Below are positions 58,411 through 64,000 of a stretch of DNA of 64,000 bases, piece by piece. The stretch lies in NCBI GenBank assembly GCA_963709485.1, contig CAVPWE010000001.1, positions 11,810-75,809 of the forward strand. The letters run 5' to 3'. The stretch is from an uncultured delta proteobacterium. GTDB lineage: Bacteria; Desulfobacterota; Syntrophia; Syntrophales; Fen-1087. The notes beneath the pieces were generated by a model, which was not told the origin of the DNA, searched no databases, and saw nothing but the letters and a program-made list of their open reading frames with translations. The position numbers and the translations under genes were made by a program. Each line of letters begins with the position of its first letter. The first letter of the stretch is position 1.

Positions 58411-60843
58411 ATGTTCAGATCGTTGTTCCCGAAGATGCATCATTGTTTTTGTACGGTTCAGTCATTGGTTCTTCTTTTCCTTTTACCGGCTGTTTGCATT
58501 GCCGTTCCCGGTAGTGACAGGTCCACACCGGACAAGCAGGCCGTCCTGAATAAGCTGTCCGGCATCCACGTTCCTTTTGTCGAGAACAGGGGACAGGTGG
58601 GAGACGAGCGGGTCAGGTACTATGCCCGCACCTTCGGGGGCACGCTCTTCGTGACAGAATCGGGGGAGATGGTCTATTCTCTTCCTTTCAGGGACAAGAG
58701 TAAAATCGGGGACAGGGATGCTTCAAGACGGGTTACTGAAGGAGCGAGGGTCAGCACCGCTGGAGGTGTTTCGCTGAAGGAGACCCTGGTGGGCGGTTCC
58801 GTCGAAACCATCCGTGGCGAGGGGGTGTCCCCTTCCAAGGTAAGCTACTTCCGTGAGAATGACTATTCCCGGTGGCAGAGTGGCCTCGTCACATATAACA
58901 CGGTTTCCCTGGGAGAGGTTTACCCGGGCATCGAACTTGCACTGAAGGCTTATGGGAACAATGTGGAAAAGCTCTTCACATTGAAACCACACAGTGATCC
59001 AAGTCTCATAAGGATTAATATAGAGGGTGCAAAGGCTGTCGAAATCGCAGCAAACGGTGAACTGAAAATAACAACGGATATGGGTTTGGTGCGTTTCACG
59101 AAGCCGATGGCCTTCCAGGAAATCGAAGGGAGGCGAATTGATGTGCCGGTTCAGTATGCCCTGCAGAAAGGAAGTGTCGCCTACGGTTTCGCGGTCTCTG
59201 ATTACGACCGTACCTGTGATCTTGTCATCGACCCACTTCTGGCCTCAACGTTCCTGGGGAAAGCCAGTTATGAAATGGCGCAGGCCATAGCACTGGACGC
59301 ATCGGGGAATGTCTATGTGACGGGATTTACAGATTCATCTGAGTTTCCGACCAAGACAGGGGCCTATGACTTATCGTATAATGGTATCTTTGACGTATTC
59401 ATTTCAAAAATAAGCAGCGATCTGACGCAGCTTCTTGCCTCGACCTACCTGGGTGGAAGCAATGATGATGAGGCGCAGGCCATAGCACTGGACGCTTCGG
59501 GGAATATCTACGTGACGGGATTGACAAGATCCTCCGATTTCCCGACTACGCCAGGGGCCTATGACTCGTCAAAAAAGTCAAGAGACACGGTCAATAAAAT
59601 TCTTTTCGATGTCTTCATATCCAAACTCAGCGGAGATCTAACGCAGCTTCTTGCCTCAACCTACTTGAGTGGAAGTGCTATGGATCCTAATAGGAAGGGT
59701 GGAGATGATTATGCATCCGCCATTGCTCTGGACGCCTCGGGCAACGTCTATGTGGCAGGATGCACAAGATCAGTGGATTTTCCCACGACAGCGGGGGCCT
59801 ACAACCCGACAGGGAGTGGAAGCGATGAAAAGGATGACGGTTTTATTTCCAAGCTGAATGGAAACTTGACACAACTTCTTGCTTCCACATTTTTGGAGGG
59901 GGGAGATCATGATAGAATAGCTGCCATGAAGTTGGACGGTTCCGGGAATGTTTATGTAGCGGGAACTACAAGGTCAGTGGATTTTCCCACCACGGCGGGG
60001 GCTTATAATGATAAATTTGACGCGTTCATTTCCAAGTTAGACGGTTCTCTCGGTACACTGCTGGCTTCCGCCTGCTTAGGTGGGAGTGGGAATGATTCTT
60101 CCACAGCCATCGCCCTGGATACTTTGGGAAACATCTATGTGACGGGCATTTCAGATTCATCAGGACCCGGGGATTTTCCGATCACATCGGAGGCCTATGA
60201 TATATCCTTCAATGGTGGGGCTTGCGATGCCTTTATTTCGAAACTGAGCAGTGATCTGACTCAGGTATCCGCCTCCACCTTTCTGGGAGGAAGCGGTGCC
60301 GATTATCCCTTTGCGCTGGCCCTTGATTCTGCAGGGAATGTCTATGTAGCCGGACGTGTTGAATACACATCGAATTTTCCAACCACGGCAAGGACCTATG
60401 ACGAATCATTCAACGGAATGCACGATGCCTTTATTTCCAAATTCAACAATAGCCTCAACAGGTTGCTTGCTTCCACTTTTTTAGGTGGATCCTATTTCGA
60501 TGCGGCACATGCAATGGTCCTGGATGCCTCAAGGAACGTTTATGTGACAGGAGTCACGAGCTCAACCAACTTTCCCACAACAGCAGCGGCATATAAAAGC
60601 TCAATCAATGGCAACTATGACGTCTTTGTTTCCAAATTCGACTCGACGCTCAGGAGGCTCGACCCGAAGGGCGATGTGGACAGGAATGACATTGTCGATC
60701 TTGCCGATGCGATCCTGGCCATTCAGGTTTCTTCCGGAATGAGCAGCACGAACGTCACCCTCGATGCGGACGTGAACAAGAATGATCGGATTGACCTTGC
60801 CGAGGTCATCTACATCCTGCAGAAGATAGCGGGGATGAGGTAA
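58411..60843 (+). CDS. Secreted SBBP beta-propeller-repeat protein with a C-terminal dockerin-like (EF-hand-type) module
   Basis: AGGAGG RBS and a signal peptide. About 9 repeats of the pattern LASTFLGGS..D.A.AIALD.SGNVYVTG.T.S.DFPTT.GAYD. The C-terminus reads GDVDRNDIVDLADAILAIQ...DVNKNDRIDLAEVIYILQKIAG. Confidence 0.8.
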   Translation: MFRSLFPKMHHCFCTVQSLVLLFLLPAVCIAVPGSDRSTPDKQAVLNKLSGIHVPFVENRGQVGDERVRYYARTFGGTLFVTESGEMVYSLPFRDKSKIGDRDASRRVTEGARVSTAGGVSLKETLVGGSVETIRGEGVSPSKVSYFRENDYSRWQSGLVTYNTVSLGEVYPGIELALKAYGNNVEKLFTLKPHSDPSLIRINIEGAKAVEIAANGELKITTDMGLVRFTKPMAFQEIEGRRIDVPVQYALQKGSVAYGFAVSDYDRTCDLVIDPLLASTFLGKASYEMAQAIALDASGNVYVTGFTDSSEFPTKTGAYDLSYNGIFDVFISKISSDLTQLLASTYLGGSNDDEAQAIALDASGNIYVTGLTRSSDFPTTPGAYDSSKKSRDTVNKILFDVFISKLSGDLTQLLASTYLSGSAMDPNRKGGDDYASAIALDASGNVYVAGCTRSVDFPTTAGAYNPTGSGSDEKDDGFISKLNGNLTQLLASTFLEGGDHDRIAAMKLDGSGNVYVAGTTRSVDFPTTAGAYNDKFDAFISKLDGSLGTLLASACLGGSGNDSSTAIALDTLGNIYVTGISDSSGPGDFPITSEAYDISFNGGACDAFISKLSSDLTQVSASTFLGGSGADYPFALALDSAGNVYVAGRVEYTSNFPTTARTYDESFNGMHDAFISKFNNSLNRLLASTFLGGSYFDAAHAMVLDASRNVYVTGVTSSTNFPTTAAAYKSSINGNYDVFVSKFDSTLRRLDPKGDVDRNDIVDLADAILAIQVSSGMSSTNVTLDADVNKNDRIDLAEVIYILQKIAGMR

Positions 60844-60905
60844 GAAAATATCATCCTTCGGGACGACCAAGCCCAAGCCTTATGCAGCGGTTTCCTTGAC
60901 GCTTA

Positions 60906-61679
60906 TTACGGGGGAAGAGGCCAAGGAGACGGCTGCGTCCCAGTCAGCCGGAGAACATTCCGGCTGACGACGTTTTCGAAGTCGTCCGCCTTCATCCCGA
61001 GGTTCCTGACCTTCTGCAGTTCGTGCCGGGGGCTGCCGAAGGGGAAGTCGCTTCCGAACAGCAGCCTGCTGCTTCCGTACCGCTCCAGGAACTGCGCCAT
61101 CTCGCTACTTGTCGCCAGCGCCGTGTCGGCGTAGACGGTCCCGTCATCCCAGACGCCGGCGCGGAAAAGGGCGTCAAAGCCGCCGTTCAGCATCCCCATG
61201 TGGGGGATGATGACGGGGGTCCGCCCCCCGACCCGCTTGATGAAATAGCGTGTGTTCTCGAAGGACTCCTCCAGCAGGATGGGAAGACGCAGGCGGTACG
61301 CCTCCTGGAGGAAATCCTCGCAGCGGGGATCGTCATAATGATAGACGGGCTCGTAGTCGTGGCGGTGCCACTTGATCCCCCGGTACCCTTTCCCCAGCTC
61401 CTCCTTCCGGAAATCGTTCCAGACGAAATAGTAGGCGAAGCGGCTCCGCTCCGGCTGCTGCAGGTCCAGCAGGTAGCGGTTGGCCCGCTGTCGGCAGGCG
61501 GCCCAGGGCGACGTATCCTGGAAATGGTAGTCGTACCGGTCGTAGATGTCCTCCACCGGCGCAAAGAGGCAGGCCCCCGAAATGCCCCCTTCCTGAAGGC
61601 GGCCTTGAACCTCCTCCCAGGGGAGGCTGACATTCTGGACCCCGCAGTGCATGTGCGAGTCGATGATCGTGACGCTCAT
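60906..61679 (-). CDS. Amidohydrolase-family (TIM-barrel metal-dependent hydrolase, Amidohydro_2-like) protein
   Basis: N-terminal IIDSHMHCG metal motif and C-terminal LLFGSDFPFG. Confidence 0.7.
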   Translation of the reverse strand: MSVTIIDSHMHCGVQNVSLPWEEVQGRLQEGGISGACLFAPVEDIYDRYDYHFQDTSPWAACRQRANRYLLDLQQPERSRFAYYFVWNDFRKEELGKGYRGIKWHRHDYEPVYHYDDPRCEDFLQEAYRLRLPILLEESFENTRYFIKRVGGRTPVIIPHMGMLNGGFDALFRAGVWDDGTVYADTALATSSEMAQFLERYGSSRLLFGSDFPFGSPRHELQKVRNLGMKADDFENVVSRNVLRLTGTQPSPWPLPP

Positions 61680-61689
61680 AGGCGGCCCC

Positions 61690-62124
61690 CTACGGGCAGT
61701 CTCCCACCCGCCTTCCGCTGACGTGCTGTATGATTTTCAGCGGACCGGCATCCGGGCGCTGCATGGCCAGGCTGATGATGCCGTCGAACCGGCCGCCCCG
61801 GTAGGTCATGCTGCCGCTCCCGTCGATCGATCCTTCGCCGGCCTCGCATTTCATCTTCCAGGAGACGCTGTCGCCCGCCGTTTTTGTTTCCGTGATCCGG
61901 CAGGAACTGTCCTTCTGGAGGAGCTGCGGGACCTGGCTCCCGTCCTTCAGGCAGTGCGCCGAGGCAACCGGCGCCGGGTTCGACGGCAGTCCGGGCACCT
62001 CCATCCGAATCGTGATTTCCCAGAGGCCTTCCTGGATATTGGTTTCGGCCATCGCCGGGGCAGCCCGAAGCAGCAGAGCCACAATGATAAGAACGATCAC
62101 TCCCGGCCAAAATTTCGTGGTCAT
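61690..62124 (-). CDS. DUF3617-like secreted protein
   Basis: Start set at MTTKFWPG after a GGGGGAGG RBS. Signal peptide ending AMA, then EGLWEITIRME and spaced Cys residues typical of DUF3617. Confidence 0.55.
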   Translation of the reverse strand: MTTKFWPGVIVLIIVALLLRAAPAMAETNIQEGLWEITIRMEVPGLPSNPAPVASAHCLKDGSQVPQLLQKDSSCRITETKTAGDSVSWKMKCEAGEGSIDGSGSMTYRGGRFDGIISLAMQRPDAGPLKIIQHVSGRRVGDCP

Positions 62125-62138
62125 GGCGGCCTCCCCCA

Positions 62139-62592
62139 TCAGTACTGCCCCACGATCTGCCGGACCTTGTCCAGGTAGCCTTTCCGCGCGGCGTCGTCGA
62201 CGTAGGGGACGGCGCCGAAGAACTGGTGCGCCAGGACTTTCACCCCGCAGAACTCGTAGATGCCCGTGTCGGAGGTCTTCCTCATCGCATCGAACATGCC
62301 GGACTTCTCGTAAACCTTCTCCGGCGTCCCCTGCGTGTTGAGGATGACGGCCTTCTTGTCCGTGAGCAGCTTGACGATTCCCTTGTCGTCGGAGCTGTAG
62401 GCGAAGCCGTAGCTGAACACCCGGTCGATGTAGCCCTTCATCATGGCCGGCAGGCCCGTCCACCAGACCGGGTGGATGACGGTCATGATGTCCGACCAGG
62501 CGATGTGGTCCTGTTCGGCCTTGATGTCGGCGGGCGTCTTTCCCTCCTGCATGGCTGCCAAATCGGCGGCCTTGAGGACCGGGTCGAAGCCC
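62139..62592 (-). pseudogene. 5'-truncated flavodoxin-like-fold NAD(P)H dehydrogenase (quinone) gene
   Basis: Recognisable from LGFDPVLKAADL...HPVWWTGLPAMMKGYIDRVF onwards. The ~45-aa N-terminal flavin-binding strand and loop are absent. The upstream part of listed ORF 62139..62717 is merely antisense to the gene fragment at 62593..62708. Confidence 0.65.
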
Positions 62593-62708
62593 AGGGCGGC
62601 AGGGTCTTCCAGCCCCAGGGGGTGCTGCTGCGCAAGTCGGATCGGGAATTCGGCTATATCCATTCCTGCATGGCCTGGCCCATCTCGGACCTCGAGATCA
62701 TGGTCTGA
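62593..62708 (+). pseudogene. Orphan 3'-terminal fragment of a paralog of the 54310..55470 oxidoreductase gene
   Basis: About 120 bp aligns with 55355..55476 at an offset of 7238 with scattered mismatches. It encodes GGRVFQPQGVLLRKSDREFGYIHSCMAWPISDLEIMV* versus ...GGKVFQPQGVLLRKSDREFGYIHSCMAWPVSDLEIMV*. Confidence 0.8.
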
Positions 62709-62929
62709 GTGGCGCAAACCACAGACGGGGGACCCGGGCCGGGCAGCAGTTCTGCCCGCCCTCGTCCCTACCGCCTTTGCGATACAAGCCTGGGAACAAT
62801 CGCCAAACGTGAAGCCTCAGCCATGCATGCCCGCCCGCCACTGCCGGAATATTTGCAATCGCAAACACATGCCAGGCTATTGAAATGATTGATATACGCT
62901 GGAATCGGCCCATGCGTCCGCGGGTCCGG

Positions 62930-62946
62930 TGTCGGATTTCTTTACA
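62930..62946 (+). promoter_or_regulatory. TGT-N11-ACA enhancer-like element (copy 8)
   Basis: TGTCGGATTTCTTTACA, matching the consensus. Confidence 0.6.
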
Positions 62947-63042
62947 AAATGCGATCATGGCCAAAATTTTTTTATATGATCGCAATTCTTGACGATTTGT
63001 CTAAAAAATCCATTTTCACTCCTCCCCGTCCCCTCAACAGGA

Positions 63043-63059
63043 TGTCGGATTTCTTTACA
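63043..63059 (+). promoter_or_regulatory. TGT-N11-ACA enhancer-like element (copy 9)
   Basis: TGTCGGATTTCTTTACA, matching the consensus. The element ends 62 nt before the -24/-12 element at 63122. Confidence 0.65.
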
Positions 63060-63121
63060 GGTTCGCGCTGACCGGAGTTCCGGCATATAAATTCTTCCTT
63101 GTATTCAACTACTTGTAAATA

Positions 63122-63137
63122 TGGCACAAGAAATGCT
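63122..63137 (+). promoter_or_regulatory. Sigma-54 (-24/-12) promoter
   Basis: TGGCAC-AAGAA-ATGCT with canonical GG-N10-GC spacing. It lies inside listed ORF 63099..63461, so that ORF's annotated start cannot be real. Confidence 0.6.
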
Positions 63138-63284
63138 AGTGATTTGTACAACATGCATCGGAGATTGCAGTCTTGGTATCAAAATGGTCCGCAGGGCGTT
63201 GGGGAAGGGGCTCAAACGTTCGCCTGTTTATCAACTATCAAACAATCAATCCAAAGACAGGAAGGAAGGAGGGAGGAAACAGAA

Positions 63285-63461
63285 ATAAAGAAATTATTTT
63301 ACTCGATTCTTGCCGTGCCGGCGTTGATCGTGTTCAGTTCCTCGGTTTGTTACGCGGGTGCCCCGCCTTTGAATGTACCCGAACTGGTGGCATGGGTTCT
63401 CCTTTCAGCAGGTGTAGCCGGGGTGGCAGCTTACAGGCTCATCAGAAACCATAAAAAGTGA
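63285..63461 (+). CDS. Minimal PEP-CTERM-like protein (signal peptide directly followed by a sorting signal); non-canonical ATA at the expected start
   Basis: GGAGGGAGG lies 8 nt before ATA (63285). The product reads (I/M)KKLFYSILAVPALIVFSSSVCYA / GAPPLN / VPELVAWVLLSAGVAGVAAYRLIRNHKK. There is no in-frame ATG, GTG or TTG between the sigma-54 promoter and the signal peptide. Confidence 0.5.
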   Translation: MKKLFYSILAVPALIVFSSSVCYAGAPPLNVPELVAWVLLSAGVAGVAAYRLIRNHKK

Positions 63462-63591
63462 TCAGCGTTTTTTTGACTGGAAGCAAAGCGTTACATTTTC
63501 GGATCCTCTCGTTGTTGCGTCCACAAAATCCGGTCCATTCCCTGTGAAGAGACGGATTTGCTTCCATTGTGATCCGATTGAAAGGAGACTT

Positions 63592-64000
63592 ATGATGAAA
63601 ATGAATACTCGTGTTTCAAAGGCAATCGCCTTGTGCCTGTTTCTGGCGACGGTCGTCTTTTTCGTAGCGCCTCCACAGGCCTTTTCTTCGGTCTGCTCGG
63701 GCACGATCGGCGATCGTGCGTGGATTGATACGAACGGCAACGGCTGCCAGGACGCTGGTGAGGCTGGCCTTGCGGGTGTGAAGGTGCACCTGTATGGGGG
63801 ATGCGACGGGAACACCGAAGTTCCATCCGCGGTCACCACGGATGCGAACGGAAACTACCTTTTTAGTGGCCTGTGTCCCGGAACCTACAGGGTTGAGTTT
63901 GAAACCCCGACAGGTTACAAGCAAACCCAACACAACCAGGTGTGTAATGACGATCCTGCTGTGAGTGACGGGCAGGACAGCGATTGCGGGAGTACTGACA
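63592..64000 (+). CDS. Secreted SdrD B-like (Cna-B-type) repeat protein; 3' end lies outside the window
   Basis: My own translation; the ORF is absent from the track because it runs off the window edge. AAAGGAGA RBS, MMKMNTRVSKAIALCLFLATVVFFVAPPQAFS signal peptide, then GDRAWIDTNGNGCQDAGEAGLAGVKVHLY...TTDANGNYLFSGLCPGTYRVEF. Confidence 0.7.
   Translation, partial: MMKMNTRVSKAIALCLFLATVVFFVAPPQAFSSVCSGTIGDRAWIDTNGNGCQDAGEAGLAGVKVHLYGGCDGNTEVPSAVTTDANGNYLFSGLCPGTYRVEFETPTGYKQTQHNQVCNDDPAVSDGQDSDCGSTD

Noticed and set aside
63550-63566. Degenerate resemblance to the 17-mer (AGACGGATTTGCTTCCA, 12 of 17 positions) just upstream of the SdrD-like gene.
   Set aside because: - Both the TGT and ACA half-sites are broken.
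- It lies only ~25 nt from the start codon.
- No -24/-12 element follows.
- The gene may instead be co-transcribed with the mini PEP-CTERM ORF.
1-64000. Window-wide search by eye for CRISPR arrays, rRNA genes, transposases, integrases, reverse transcriptases and toxin-antitoxin pairs.
   Set aside because: - None was found.
- No regularly spaced short repeats are present.
- No ORF has DDE, tyrosine-recombinase, serine-recombinase or RT motifs.
- The AT-rich stretches are therefore described as islands or accessory regions, not as mobile elements.

Overview
64-kb window from a GC-rich Gram-negative genome. Gene content (multihaem cytochrome, System II cytochrome c maturation, HypAB, FdhE, PEP-CTERM cargo) suggests an anaerobic Desulfobacterota or deltaproteobacterium-like organism, but this is inference only. 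All protein calls rest on motifs read from the supplied translations; no searches were run.

Most of the window is ordinary conserved chromosome:
- ccsB-ccsA-hisF
- a Ski2-like helicase, DUF484 and xth
- alaS-recX-recA-thpR-cinA-pgpA
- ferritin-hypB-hypA
- uvrA, fdhE-nth and gap-tpiA-secG-tRNA-Leu

Three AT-richer accessory stretches interrupt it:
1. About 4.9-11.9 kb, ending at tRNA-Glu: tandem OMP paralogs, a frameshifted protease, small secreted proteins and an RHH-PilZ gene.
2. About 27.0-32.3 kb: a tightly packed operon of secreted proteins with an internal duplication and a 312-bp near-identical block. It is followed by ParB-like, dynamin-like and amphi-Trp genes.
3. About 55.5-64 kb: PEP-CTERM and other secreted cargo genes, with duplicated and decayed gene copies and a clean recombination junction.

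The strongest sequence-level signal is a 17-nt TGT-N11-ACA element (TGTCGGAWTTCTTTACA). It occurs nine times, always intergenic. At four loci, including the distant RHH-PilZ gene, a copy lies upstream of a -24/-12 (sigma-54) promoter. This looks like an enhancer-dependent regulon.

Four apparent +1 frameshifts, three of them at G/C runs, may be sequencing artefacts. I found no rRNA, CRISPR array, transposase or integrase.
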